Shown: positions 51,231-60,547 of the stretch, piece after piece
Position numbering within the stretch: position 1 is the stretch's first letter
Layout: each line of letters starts with the position of its first letter
IMG/VR virus record: IMGVR_UViG_3300027969_000039
Span: 1-64,000 of that record
Length of the DNA stretch: 64,000 nt
Reading direction: 5' to 3' (one strand)
The notes under the pieces: generated by a model
The model's input: the letters and a program-made list of their open reading frames with translations, nothing else
Databases searched by the model: none
Told to the model about the DNA's origin: nothing
Made by a program: the position numbers and the translations under genes

Positions 51231-52135
51231 ACTGCCATATCAGCTTTGATAGCAGTATGGCATTTATAATCAACTAACTCAATATCATCCATCGTGAATT
51301 CTTCAATAGTTTTTATATCCTTATTGAGTTTCAATACTGGTAATGGTAATGGATCACGGCTCAACTGCTCTTTAACTTGTTCAACATGATTAGTATAGAT
51401 ATGTGTGTCACCAGTACTGATGACTAATTCACCAACACCTAACTCGCATACTTGTGCTATTAAATGAGTGAGTAACGCATAGCTACTAATGTTAAAAGGT
51501 AAACCAAGAAACACATCCACACTACGCTGGTACATATGGCAAGATAATTCTTTATTCTTGTTGACATAGAATTGACATAAGACATGACACGGTGGCAAAG
51601 CCATCTGGTCTAACTCACCCGGGTTCCATGCAGTAAGTATGTGTCTACGACCATTAGGGTCTTTTTGTATACCCTCTATTAGAATTTTTAACTGGTCTAC
51701 TTCTTTATGATGTATACTACCTTGACGATTGTAATGATTGCCAAAGTCATCTTTAAAAACTTCAGTTTTATGTGATACAGGAGTAAGCCAATGTCTCCAT
51801 TGTACTCCATATACACGACCTAAGTCCCCATGGAACTTTGCTTTATCTTTCCAGTAAGGAGCATAAGCATTTGGTGTCCATATGGTAACTGCCCCTGTTC
51901 CACCATGTGTAATTTCTGCTAATCTGCGTTCATCTCCGCTTCCTTCGATGAACCAAAGTAGTTCTCCTACACACGCTTTCCAAGCAAGTTTTTTAGTAGT
52001 GACGGCTGGAAAACCCCTACGCAAATCAAAGCGAAGGTGATGTCCAAACATACTAATAGTCCCAGTGCCAGTTCTATCATCTTTTGTTTCTCCATTAGTT
52101 AGAATATCTTGTAATAATTCTAAATATTGTTTCAT
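51227..52135 (-). CDS. thyA: thymidylate synthase
   Basis: DDRTGTGT, ELLWF, LGRVYGVQWR, MALPPCH, YQRSVDVFLGLPFNI, GDTHIY. Confidence 0.97.
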   Translation of the reverse strand: MKQYLELLQDILTNGETKDDRTGTGTISMFGHHLRFDLRRGFPAVTTKKLAWKACVGELLWFIEGSGDERRLAEITHGGTGAVTIWTPNAYAPYWKDKAKFHGDLGRVYGVQWRHWLTPVSHKTEVFKDDFGNHYNRQGSIHHKEVDQLKILIEGIQKDPNGRRHILTAWNPGELDQMALPPCHVLCQFYVNKNKELSCHMYQRSVDVFLGLPFNISSYALLTHLIAQVCELGVGELVISTGDTHIYTNHVEQVKEQLSRDPLPLPVLKLNKDIKTIEEFTMDDIELVDYKCHTAIKADMAV

Positions 52136-52428
52136 AGGTTACCTAGTATCTTATCTGTTTCTGGTTGGACAGTATCAGCAATACTTTGTACATTAAGTAG
52201 AAATTCTACACCAACCACAGAGTCATCTAACTCTTGTAGTTTTCTACTTACCACTTCTTCTATCTGGTCTGCGTCCAATCCTTGATTTAAAAATTTTTCA
52301 ATGTTTAATGTTTGTTGTCTCTTACCTTCTAATTTAATTATTAATTTCTTAATGAATTGAACGGGTATTTTATTTTTCTCAACATCTTCAAGGATATGTT
52401 CCCACTTTTCGATGAATTCTGGGCTCAT
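52132..52428 (-). CDS. hypothetical protein
   Basis: 98-aa ORF coupled to thyA. Confidence 0.6.
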   Translation of the reverse strand: MSPEFIEKWEHILEDVEKNKIPVQFIKKLIIKLEGKRQQTLNIEKFLNQGLDADQIEEVVSRKLQELDDSVVGVEFLLNVQSIADTVQPETDKILGNL

Positions 52429-53156
52429 TATGCACTAACTTTTGCTCTTGTTTTCTTTACTTTAGGTGCAGGTGTAGCAACTGGTGCTTCAACTACAACT
52501 GCTTTCTTACTTGCTCTTGGCTTTTTCTCCATTACAGGAGGATCCATCTCTGCTGCTTGTTTCAATAGATCAGCACTTTCAGCCATCAATCCTTTGGCCT
52601 CTGCTGCCATTCTAGCTGCTTGTTGACGCAAGTTATTTGCTATTGCACTATCACCCAATGCATCATTGCTGCTAGCAACCAATGGTGGTTGTTGAACCTT
52701 AGCATCACGGGTTTTGTTTTCACGCTGTCTACGTGCTACCTCTGCGGGAGTTTGCATTCCTCTGCTTTGGTCAATGTCAGCCATGCGTTTAACAGCATCT
52801 TCTCCCTGTTTCATCTCAGTCAAAATTTTATTGAGTTCATTCAATTTAATTTTAGTCTGTGGATTTGGTGTGACAACGATATTCTCTGTATTAACTTTCT
52901 TTAGTAAACCTTCACGGTGTAATACTTGTAGTATTGGCTTACCATCTAAACCCAAGGTGCGGTTTAAAGCATCCGACAGCGATTCGCTATGTTGTCCAAT
53001 ATCACTTTCAATACAACGAATCAATGGATCGTGTATATGCTGATTTAGTGTTTCAGTGTATGTTACCAGACACATGTGAGATTCACCTGGAACCTCACGA
53101 AAAATGATAGCAACCTTACGATCACCGTGTTTACCGACATGTTTTAAAAAACTCAT
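52428..53156 (-). CDS. hypothetical protein
   Basis: 242 aa, AGGAG RBS, K/A/P-rich tail. Confidence 0.65.
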   Translation of the reverse strand: MSFLKHVGKHGDRKVAIIFREVPGESHMCLVTYTETLNQHIHDPLIRCIESDIGQHSESLSDALNRTLGLDGKPILQVLHREGLLKKVNTENIVVTPNPQTKIKLNELNKILTEMKQGEDAVKRMADIDQSRGMQTPAEVARRQRENKTRDAKVQQPPLVASSNDALGDSAIANNLRQQAARMAAEAKGLMAESADLLKQAAEMDPPVMEKKPRASKKAVVVEAPVATPAPKVKKTRAKVSA

Positions 53157-53223
53157 AAATTATTCTCCTTGAGTACATAGATATTTAATATCTAATGTAT
53201 ACAAGTAAATATTTTTATGAGTG

Positions 53224-53634
53224 TTATTGGGTCAATGAGTCAAGCAGTTTATAATGCTCGTATGCTTGCACGACCGCAGGTGTACTGTTGCGGCTCTTAG
53301 GAGATACTTCTACCCAAATATCTTGGCTCAAATTAGGATGAATGAACTGACTGCCTAGGCTTGCAAAATTCCGTGGCTGGTGAATCTTACCACCATGATA
53401 TAACTGTGTTGCAAGTTCTTCTACCTCATTCCATGGCTTGACCGCAAGATCATATTCTTCAGGGCGGCTTGAAGAAAAATTACTATCCTCGTAGTATTCT
53501 TTTACCACAAAAAGAAATTGTTCAAGGTCTTTAGCCTTAGTGCGAGTGATAATCAATAGTACATCATCCACGGACACTTCGTCCATTAACAGACTACGCA
53601 AGCACCTACCTAAACTTGTACCAATATACATCAT
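53224..53634 (-). CDS. hypothetical protein
   Basis: 136-aa ORF. Confidence 0.6.
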   Translation of the reverse strand: MMYIGTSLGRCLRSLLMDEVSVDDVLLIITRTKAKDLEQFLFVVKEYYEDSNFSSSRPEEYDLAVKPWNEVEELATQLYHGGKIHQPRNFASLGSQFIHPNLSQDIWVEVSPKSRNSTPAVVQAYEHYKLLDSLTQ

Positions 53635-54002
53635 ACAATCACCTGCTGTTTCTTATTTGCTCTATCGCTATAAAATTTATGTCCTACATTACGAATACAA
53701 TCAGCTATTACCTGTGGACTATTTTCAAATGTTTCTCTAATATCTTCTTCGGATAACTCTGAATCAAAGGCATAGATTTCATAATGCCGTTGAGTATTTG
53801 CCCTAGCCCTCATTATCATCATATCTAATGGAACATATGCTGGCTTAAGTGTTTGATTTTGTTCTTTGAGAATACGAAAGATATTTTCTTTTTCCCATTG
53901 TTCATGTTCTTTTTCTATTTTTGTGACATTGATGAGGCACTCAAGCCCAGTCATGTCCCACATGGCAACGAATCTAGTTGTTTTCTTCTTTGAGTAACGC
54001 AT
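53631..54002 (-). CDS. hypothetical protein
   Basis: 123-aa ORF. Confidence 0.6.
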   Translation of the reverse strand: MRYSKKKTTRFVAMWDMTGLECLINVTKIEKEHEQWEKENIFRILKEQNQTLKPAYVPLDMMIMRARANTQRHYEIYAFDSELSEEDIRETFENSPQVIADCIRNVGHKFYSDRANKKQQVIV

Positions 54003-54222
54003 AAACTGTTTCAGCTTTTTCTACTAAATCACGCAAGCTAGGTTCTGTTTCAGATAACTTGAGTATGTCTTTCCAAGTAAACCATCTTTGAGTAACTTTT
54101 GTTAAAGGGTCCTCTTGTAACAAAGTACGGACAGACGATCCACTCTCTCGGGAGTAGATCGTCTTACCATGATCAGGGCTTTCTAATACTTTACCTTTAT
54201 ACTCATCAATTTGTTTCATCAT
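53974..54222 (-). CDS. hypothetical protein
   Basis: ESPDHGKTIYSRESG motif; start refined. Confidence 0.55.
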   Translation of the reverse strand: MMKQIDEYKGKVLESPDHGKTIYSRESGSSVRTLLQEDPLTKVTQRWFTWKDILKLSETEPSLRDLVEKAETVYALLKEENN

Positions 54223-55501
54223 ATAGTGCAAAAGTACCGAATGGGGGATTCGGATTTTTGTCACCATGAATGATCCAAGTTGTATCACAATAATCAGGGT
54301 CGCCCCAGCTACCACAGGGATATCCATCAGTGAATACGATCAATCGTTTAGGATCAATTGCATTTTCTTTCAAGTATTCAAAGATACAATCAAAGTCAGT
54401 ACCACCACCACCTTGTGGTTCATACTCATCAATAGTATCCATGCTATCGCTATTGAAGTCTTGTGGATTGTAAGTATTAGTATCAAAGCAGAATACATGG
54501 ACCTTGTATCCATCAAACGCATCCATCATGCCACCGATCTCACCCAAGAATGCTTGTGCTTGACTGTTGCTAATACTACCACTCATATCAAGTGATACAA
54601 CAACATCAATTTCTTCACCGGGGTTCATGCCGGGCATGATAGCATCCATGTGCCAACCTCTGCGAGAAGGGCGCATCCAAGAATAATCTGCACGGATAGC
54701 ACTAATCAGATTAGTCTGAATCAGTTCGCGCCAGGGCATGACTGGGTCAGTATGTTGTTTGATTAAACGCTCGACACCTAAGGGCAACTGACCGGCTTCG
54801 CAAGTACTTGCGGCGCTGATGATTGCTTGTTTCATTTCTTGACGCAAACGCTCACGCTCTTCGGGAGACATTTTAGGACGACCTTTGCCATTGGCTTCTT
54901 TGTCGCCATCACCATCTCCATCGTTATCTCCCTCACCTTCATCTTCAAGGTGATCGTCAATCATTTGATCCAGCAAACTATCAATATCAATATGCTTGAC
55001 ATTCTTCATCAAGTCATCATAGATTTCCTCGCTGGGCTTACCATCATACTTGCGTTCGTACAAGCATGGGACACTTGTAATAAATGTGCCGACACCGTGT
55101 CGTTTCAAGTCTGCGTTAACTGCATAGTCATTGGCGATGTTAAACATCTGAGGGTCACGATTGCCGATACGACCCATATGATCATACACTACATGCAATA
55201 CTTCATGTCCAACTAGAAACTCAACCTCTTTGGGTTTCAATAGCATAATGAAACGGCTATTGTAATAGAATTTTTGACCATCAGTAGCCGCTGTAGCGCA
55301 CCACTCGTCAGCATTAGTTAATTTGAGGCGTGTAGCAAGATTGCCAAAGAATGAATGACGCAATAGCAAACCCACACGTGCCGAAATCAATCGTTCACGG
55401 GCTTGTGCATCAATCTTAGGGTCAGTAGGTCCAACAAGTTTATCAAACTTGTCGCTACGCTTTTTCTTTTTTGTTGGGGCAATTACGCTACTCATATACA
55501 A
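54206..55501 (-). CDS. HExxH metallopeptidase + vWA domain protein (DUF2201-like)
   Basis: AATDG, HEVLH; MIDAS DMSGS, GGGTDF, FTDG. Confidence 0.88.
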   Translation of the reverse strand: MYMSSVIAPTKKKKRSDKFDKLVGPTDPKIDAQARERLISARVGLLLRHSFFGNLATRLKLTNADEWCATAATDGQKFYYNSRFIMLLKPKEVEFLVGHEVLHVVYDHMGRIGNRDPQMFNIANDYAVNADLKRHGVGTFITSVPCLYERKYDGKPSEEIYDDLMKNVKHIDIDSLLDQMIDDHLEDEGEGDNDGDGDGDKEANGKGRPKMSPEERERLRQEMKQAIISAASTCEAGQLPLGVERLIKQHTDPVMPWRELIQTNLISAIRADYSWMRPSRRGWHMDAIMPGMNPGEEIDVVVSLDMSGSISNSQAQAFLGEIGGMMDAFDGYKVHVFCFDTNTYNPQDFNSDSMDTIDEYEPQGGGGTDFDCIFEYLKENAIDPKRLIVFTDGYPCGSWGDPDYCDTTWIIHGDKNPNPPFGTFALYDETN

Positions 55502-55552
55502 TCCTTTATCAAATATGCTGTATTATAGCATACAAATTATTTTATAGCAAGT

Positions 55553-55584
55553 AAAAAGAGTGAGAATGTTCACACCATTCTCAC
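55553..55584 (-). terminator. intrinsic terminator
   Basis: GTGAGAATG / CATTCTCAC stem plus T-tract on minus strand. Confidence 0.7.
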
Positions 55585-55593
55585 CCATAAACT

Positions 55594-56700
55594 TTAGTTA
55601 CCTGCGTCTACAATGTACTTGCCGTACTTCTTGTGGAAGTCATCAAAGTGTTTTAGTTGACTAGGCTCAATCGGCAACTTGTAAGTCTTAAGCGCAATCT
55701 TAGCACCCATCACAACCAATTCAGTTTCAAAGTTCTTCATCATGTAAGACAAGAAATTGTCAGACATTTCATGGAACTTCTTCATAGTTACCTTTTGATG
55801 TTCCAATGCATCACGCAATTCATAGCACAATGAAATTGTTAGTGAATACATTGCAGAGATTTCCTTAACATTCAAGTCAGTAACTTTACCTGACAAGATA
55901 TCGCTCGGCTCGGGCAACTTGCCAGAAATCTTGCGGTGTGCAGAAAACTTAACAGCAAGCCCTTCACCGACACTACCTGCAATCAGATTGAACAGTGTAT
56001 CAGTATCAGTGTCTGCCTCGTCATCCAACAAGTCAGACACAAAGCACCAGCTACGTGGGGTAGCAAATGCACGGCTTGAAGATTTGCTATTGAAATCGTA
56101 CAAGTCCTGTTTTGCAAAACTCAAGTAACCAACCACGTCCTTATGAATGCCTTTGTTGACTGCCCATGTCTGCCATGAAGTAAAGTCAGGGCGCATTTCC
56201 AAGTGCAAGAAACGATTAGCAAGGGGCATCGGCATACGATAAGTAACACCTTTGTCACTATCACGATTACCTGCTGCCACGATAACAACATTGTCAGGCA
56301 ACTTGTACTTACCAACACGGCGATTCAAAATTAGTTGATAGCCAGCAGCCTGTACAGCAGGCATTGCACTATTCATTTCATCTAAGAAAAGAACAATGAT
56401 AGGATATTGTGATGCGAGTTCCTCGTCAGGCAAGTCGATTGGAGCAGCCCAATCCATCTTATTGAGGTCCTTGTTGAAGTATGGGATACCGCGAATGTCA
56501 GTGGGTTCCATTTGAGCCATACGCAAGTCAATCATATGACCACCAAGTTCGGCAGTAATGTCTGCTACAACTTCGGATTTACCGATACCGGGAGGGCCCC
56601 AGAGAAACAAGGGACGCTTTGCTTTGAATGCTTTCAGAATAGCTTTGCGGGCTTGTACTGATGTTACTGTGAGATTGTCAGAGACTTGAGGTGATGCCAT
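55594..56700 (-). CDS. MoxR-like AAA+ ATPase
   Basis: GPPGIGKS, LFLDEMN, AAGNR..D, LANRF, FATPRSW. Confidence 0.9.
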   Translation of the reverse strand: MASPQVSDNLTVTSVQARKAILKAFKAKRPLFLWGPPGIGKSEVVADITAELGGHMIDLRMAQMEPTDIRGIPYFNKDLNKMDWAAPIDLPDEELASQYPIIVLFLDEMNSAMPAVQAAGYQLILNRRVGKYKLPDNVVIVAAGNRDSDKGVTYRMPMPLANRFLHLEMRPDFTSWQTWAVNKGIHKDVVGYLSFAKQDLYDFNSKSSSRAFATPRSWCFVSDLLDDEADTDTDTLFNLIAGSVGEGLAVKFSAHRKISGKLPEPSDILSGKVTDLNVKEISAMYSLTISLCYELRDALEHQKVTMKKFHEMSDNFLSYMMKNFETELVVMGAKIALKTYKLPIEPSQLKHFDDFHKKYGKYIVDAGN

Positions 56701-56743
56701 TATTAACTCCTATATGTTAGTGGCTTGCTTGAAAAGAAATTCT

Positions 56744-56772
56744 ATTATATACGAAAACTGATTTGTTGTCAA
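56744..56772 (-). promoter_or_regulatory. sigma70 early promoter
   Basis: TTGACA-17 nt-TATAAT. Confidence 0.85.
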
Positions 56773-56798
56773 TCGTGATTGAATGTTTTGGGTAAACA

Positions 56799-57218
56799 TT
56801 ATTCCTCAAACGCGCGGCGCAGAATCAACTCTTGGCGACTGAAGGCTTCAATCTCCCAGGGTTGGTCCAAGTAAGGTGTTTTCTTGCTGTACTTTTTACC
56901 TGCCCATGTATGACCATGCTTACCTTGTTTCAATGTACCTTTTGCAAACTGTTTCACATGGACCAATTCATGCGCTAGGGTGAGGCCAATTTGATACAGA
57001 CTACGATGGGGTTTGATGACTACCAGATATGCACCAGTGTACTGTGATAGGTCGAGTGTCAAGCCTGCATTGTCACCTTCGCATTCATCATATACACGGA
57101 TAAGCAATGCTTTGCGGCAACGCTCAAGACCAAGCTGGGTAATCATTGAAGGAAGTAGTGCCTCAACAAATTTTTTATTACGGCGACTACCTTCAACTTT
57201 GATTTCCATCATAATCAT
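56799..57218 (-). CDS. small HExxH zinc metallopeptidase
   Basis: LAHELVHVKQF...PWEIEA. Confidence 0.8.
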   Translation of the reverse strand: MIMMEIKVEGSRRNKKFVEALLPSMITQLGLERCRKALLIRVYDECEGDNAGLTLDLSQYTGAYLVVIKPHRSLYQIGLTLAHELVHVKQFAKGTLKQGKHGHTWAGKKYSKKTPYLDQPWEIEAFSRQELILRRAFEE

Positions 57219-57242
57219 ATATTTATTTCCTAGAGTAATTTA

Positions 57243-57458
57243 TTACTCAATCAATTCCGACAATTTACCAATGTATGTTAATTCGCTAGGTTCGTACCAT
57301 GCAGCCTTTTGTGTAGAATTGTCAGGCAATACAATGCTAACCTCACCTCTACTGTTAACACTGTCTACAACTGTTATTGTTTTAAATTTTGTCATAACCA
57401 CATCAAGCGGTTTAAATTTAAACTTTTCCGTTTTCATTACATGCTCCAGTAAATTCAT
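57243..57458 (-). CDS. small hypothetical protein (SH3-like)
   Basis: 71 aa; AAWYEPSELT. Confidence 0.55.
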   Translation of the reverse strand: MNLLEHVMKTEKFKFKPLDVVMTKFKTITVVDSVNSRGEVSIVLPDNSTQKAAWYEPSELTYIGKLSELIE

Positions 57459-57474
57459 TGAAAATGATTAAATC

Positions 57475-57753
57475 TTAAGAGGACCAAAAAGTTTCGCTAG
57501 CAGGGGAACAGCACAGGGGAGTGTTAACATCTTCCTGATATTCGATACCGCTCATGAGGTTCTTGCGAGTTACCATGTTAGGCTTGTAATGCTGAGTGTT
57601 TACGATACTCAGTTCACCGGCAGACCAACCTGACTTGTTGCACAGACGGGTGCGAGTAGCACGGGCTGCCGCAAAAGTTTTGTATGCACGGGTACGATTA
57701 GAACCGTCAGTAACGATAAGACCAGTACCACGGGCGATAACATAATAAGACAT
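57475..57753 (-). CDS. small early hypothetical protein
   Basis: ends EDVNTPLCCSPASETFWSS; follows promoter copy 7. Confidence 0.7.
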   Translation of the reverse strand: MSYYVIARGTGLIVTDGSNRTRAYKTFAAARATRTRLCNKSGWSAGELSIVNTQHYKPNMVTRKNLMSGIEYQEDVNTPLCCSPASETFWSS

Positions 57754-57787
57754 TTAGAAATTCCTTTAACTAACTGATTAAGACTCT

Positions 57788-57816
57788 ATTATATACCCAA
57801 AACCATTTAATGTCAA
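57788..57816 (-). promoter_or_regulatory. 29-bp repeated early promoter, copy 7
   Basis: identical to copy 1. Confidence 0.92.
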
Positions 57817-57820
57817 CTGT

Positions 57821-58048
57821 TTACGCACAGATTTCAAACAACATTTCGCTACTGGAACCGTTGACTACACGGACTTTTTTGTCATTAACCATGATGTAGC
57901 CATAGTTGCCGTTATCATAGATACCGTGAGGGCAGGGTTCAATCGTCACTTTACGGATAATTTCACAAAAACCCCAACGCTTAGTAGGCAACTTACCTTG
58001 AAACAATCGCATGTTTTCAAGGGAAGTAATGAGAATTTTTGCTTTCAT
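57821..58048 (-). CDS. small early hypothetical protein
   Basis: 75 aa after promoter copy 8. Confidence 0.7.
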   Translation of the reverse strand: MKAKILITSLENMRLFQGKLPTKRWGFCEIIRKVTIEPCPHGIYDNGNYGYIMVNDKKVRVVNGSSSEMLFEICA

Positions 58049-58081
58049 AATCTACTCTGTTCGTTGACTGTCTAAGTATGT

Positions 58082-58110
58082 ATTATATACCCAAAACCAT
58101 TTAATGTCAA
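58082..58110 (-). promoter_or_regulatory. 29-bp repeated early promoter, copy 8
   Basis: identical to copy 1. Confidence 0.92.
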
Positions 58111-58193
58111 CCGAAATATTGAGTGTGTACGATTACCAAAATGGCTATATATGCTCCGACCACGATCCCAACTAGCATTCCAAGAAAAAACAT
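58107..58193 (-). CDS. 28-aa single-TM peptide
   Basis: MFFLGMLVGIVVGAYIAILVIVHTQYFG; AGGAG RBS; stop in -35 of copy 8. Confidence 0.6.
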   Translation of the reverse strand: MFFLGMLVGIVVGAYIAILVIVHTQYFG

Positions 58194-58203
58194 CTCCTAC
58201 TCC

Positions 58204-58461
58204 TTACGCAAATTCGTAGAATTTAACAGTAGGATCCAACTTTTGTAGTTCTTTTGCAGCCTGTGACAATGCACGATGCTTGGCCTGAACCTGACTACGG
58301 GGCAGTTCACCGTCACAGGTCAAGTTCTCAGGGCTGAGGTCGCTGTCCAGACAAGCAGCAACTACCTGACGACCTTTAGCAGTCTGTATCTCATACTGAG
58401 GACCTTTGAACAATTTGTTCCATTTGTTCTTTTGATCAATGTATTTTTGCAATGCTGACAT
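58204..58461 (-). CDS. small early hypothetical protein
   Basis: LSPENLTCDGE motif; follows promoter copy 9. Confidence 0.7.
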   Translation of the reverse strand: MSALQKYIDQKNKWNKLFKGPQYEIQTAKGRQVVAACLDSDLSPENLTCDGELPRSQVQAKHRALSQAAKELQKLDPTVKFYEFA

Positions 58462-58494
58462 AATTAACTCCGTTTGTTGACTGTCTAAGCCTCT

Positions 58495-58523
58495 ATTATA
58501 GACCCAAAACCATTTAATGTCAA
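58495..58523 (-). promoter_or_regulatory. 29-bp repeated early promoter, copy 9
   Basis: identical to copy 4 (GGGTCTATAAT). Confidence 0.92.
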
Positions 58524-58525
58524 CC

Positions 58526-59317
58526 TTACGGGGCTAGCCCTTCCCTAGTTTTTGCACGTTTTACATTCGCATAAAGTACAACTTGAGTTGGAACCGGTGC
58601 TAAATATCTCTTTACCCAAGACCTGTAAACACCATATTTAAAATATATCCCATTGCCTTCAGTTGTTTTTCCTTTGAAACTATATTTCAAAATTCCATTT
58701 GCATAGACTTCAAAAAAGCCATCGTCCAAATTAGACCATTTTGCATGGACTTCAATTTTGTTCCAATTTCCAAGTAACTCCTTATCAGTTAGTATGGTTA
58801 CATATTCTTGTGTTGCACATCTATGGTGTCTATCTATAGTTAGCCCACCTCGCAATGCTCCCCATCCTGCACTATTTTGAAACATGAATGATGAGCAAGT
58901 GGGACTGTCAATAGCCCCATCAATATTATAAAATTGTCCTAAGGTGACATTGACGGGCCACACATTGATATGGTCTTTGGGTACAAAAATAGACCATCCA
59001 TACCAGTATTCAGAGTTTGAGTAATTATTTCTATCTGTTGATATCTCAGAACGTTCCCTACTTCCAACCCTAGATCCAGTTTGACCTTCAATAGAACAAT
59101 CTCCCCCTGAACATTCTCCGCTTCTGACTTCAAATCTTTCAACCATTTTCAATGGTGCAGAGCCCGTTGGATCAGATACTATTTGATATCCGTGCGGTGT
59201 TGTACTATTTGATCTAGTGAACTCCTTAAGGTTTCCATGATCAAGTGAATTAGCGGAATTAGTAGCACAGCCACCAATCAATAATATTAAAATAATTGAT
59301 ATAAAAAGTTTTTTCAT
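58526..59317 (-). CDS. lipoprotein polysaccharide lyase-like protein (beta-jelly-roll)
   Basis: lipobox LIGGC; RFEVRSGE, RERSEI, YWYGWSIFVP, TLGQF, YFKYGVYRS. Confidence 0.72.
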   Translation of the reverse strand: MKKLFISIILILLIGGCATNSANSLDHGNLKEFTRSNSTTPHGYQIVSDPTGSAPLKMVERFEVRSGECSGGDCSIEGQTGSRVGSRERSEISTDRNNYSNSEYWYGWSIFVPKDHINVWPVNVTLGQFYNIDGAIDSPTCSSFMFQNSAGWGALRGGLTIDRHHRCATQEYVTILTDKELLGNWNKIEVHAKWSNLDDGFFEVYANGILKYSFKGKTTEGNGIYFKYGVYRSWVKRYLAPVPTQVVLYANVKRAKTREGLAP

Positions 59318-59344
59318 AATAACTACATCAGGAAATAAAAACTT

Positions 59345-59373
59345 AGTATAGCATTGAATGTATTTATTGTCAA
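59345..59373 (-). promoter_or_regulatory. sigma70 early promoter
   Basis: TTGACA-17 nt-TATACT. Confidence 0.8.
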
Positions 59374-59416
59374 GGTAGGAATGCCCTAAATCAATAGGGC
59401 ATTATTTGAGTAAGAA

Positions 59417-59686
59417 TTACTTCTTAGGTGTGTTTTGATTTACAAAAGCATACATCTTTTCAGCAGTGTCCAAAACTTTTTCAAGTCCTGGAAATTCAGG
59501 CATGTCTACTTTGGTTATGATCTGACCAGTAGCACTATCCTTGGAAGCAGTCATCTGCCATCCTGAAAACTTCATATGGAAATCTTCCATGACTAATGAT
59601 TTAGCCATGTCCAAGATATCTGTACGAATCTCGTAGCCGTTCTTGTTGAATTTTACTTCGGGTAATTTTGGTGTGAAATCTGACAT
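59417..59686 (-). CDS. conserved phage hypothetical protein
   Basis: KNGYEIRTDILDMAK...VLDTAEKMYAFV. Confidence 0.65.
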   Translation of the reverse strand: MSDFTPKLPEVKFNKNGYEIRTDILDMAKSLVMEDFHMKFSGWQMTASKDSATGQIITKVDMPEFPGLEKVLDTAEKMYAFVNQNTPKK

Positions 59687-59723
59687 AATAATCTCCTTGT
59701 GTTAATGTCGGTGTGTGAATAGC

Positions 59724-59969
59724 TTATTTTTTCGCAGTCTTTGCCTTGACTGTTTCATCCTCACCTTGAGAATAAATCGTTTTGTTCATACTGTCAACAG
59801 TATAAGACAACATCTCTATTGTATTCTTTGCCATCATCTTTGCAAAGATCGTTTGGGCATCTATAAAGTCGTTGGCGACCTTATTCAATCTCTCGTCTTT
59901 GAAAATCTGATTGGTTGCCATCCTTTTTGAAGTCTGGAACATCTCTATATAAAAATCTGGTGTAAACAT
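59724..59969 (-). CDS. hypothetical helical protein, phasin-like
   Basis: amphipathic helices, K/A-rich tail. Confidence 0.35.
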   Translation of the reverse strand: MFTPDFYIEMFQTSKRMATNQIFKDERLNKVANDFIDAQTIFAKMMAKNTIEMLSYTVDSMNKTIYSQGEDETVKAKTAKK

Positions 59970-59978
59970 AATTATCCT

Positions 59979-60101
59979 TTAAATATCACTTGTCATTAGT
60001 TTTTGTGCAGCAGCATATTGTCCTCTACGGGCAAGGTACGATGCTGCACGGACGCGACCCACTTCTTTTAGAAAATTGTAAATTGATTTAAAGATGTTCA
60101 T
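59979..60101 (-). CDS. 40-aa hypothetical protein
   Basis: MNIFKSIYNFLKEVGRVRAASYLARRGQYAAAQKLMTSDI. Confidence 0.55.
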   Translation of the reverse strand: MNIFKSIYNFLKEVGRVRAASYLARRGQYAAAQKLMTSDI

Positions 60102-60102
60102 A

Positions 60103-60288
60103 TTACACCATCCAACTCTTATTACGTGCTGAATACAATAATTCAAATTGACGCTCTAATTGTTCAACTTGTGCGGTACTCGTGGGATTGTGTGATACGA
60201 TGTATCGTTCTAGTGCTGAACCGTATGACTGGGGTTCACTGAATTTTTCTAATAGGCTATAAAGATAGCCGGTAAATCGTTTTAACAT
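60103..60288 (-). CDS. DUF3563-like small protein
   Basis: LERYIVSHNPTSTAQVEQLERQF pattern. Confidence 0.45.
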   Translation of the reverse strand: MLKRFTGYLYSLLEKFSEPQSYGSALERYIVSHNPTSTAQVEQLERQFELLYSARNKSWMV

Positions 60289-60342
60289 ATATTTTCCTGT
60301 GTAAGTGTGTTAAAGAGTTTTATACAGAACTCTTAACTGTAT

Positions 60343-60543
60343 TTATACTTCCTTATAGATTTCTCTATATTTCTGCATGGCCTTTGCCCTCGCAACAGCT
60401 AACCTAACGGTCACATAATCTGATAATGGTTCATCATCAAAATCAGTAACCTTTTCTTCTACCTTGTGTACTTTAGGACGACTGTATGCACGATGATAAT
60501 CTTGTTCTCCTGAATCATCATCGTCATCACTATCGTCAAATAT
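60343..60543 (-). CDS. hidden acidic ORF lacking ATG (ATA start or +1 frameshift)
   Basis: IFDDSDDDDDSGEQDY...LSDYVTVRLAVARAKAMQKYREIYKEV; frame open 60343-60660. Confidence 0.45.
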   Translation of the reverse strand: MFDDSDDDDDSGEQDYHRAYSRPKVHKVEEKVTDFDDEPLSDYVTVRLAVARAKAMQKYREIYKEV

Positions 60544-60547
60544 AGTA

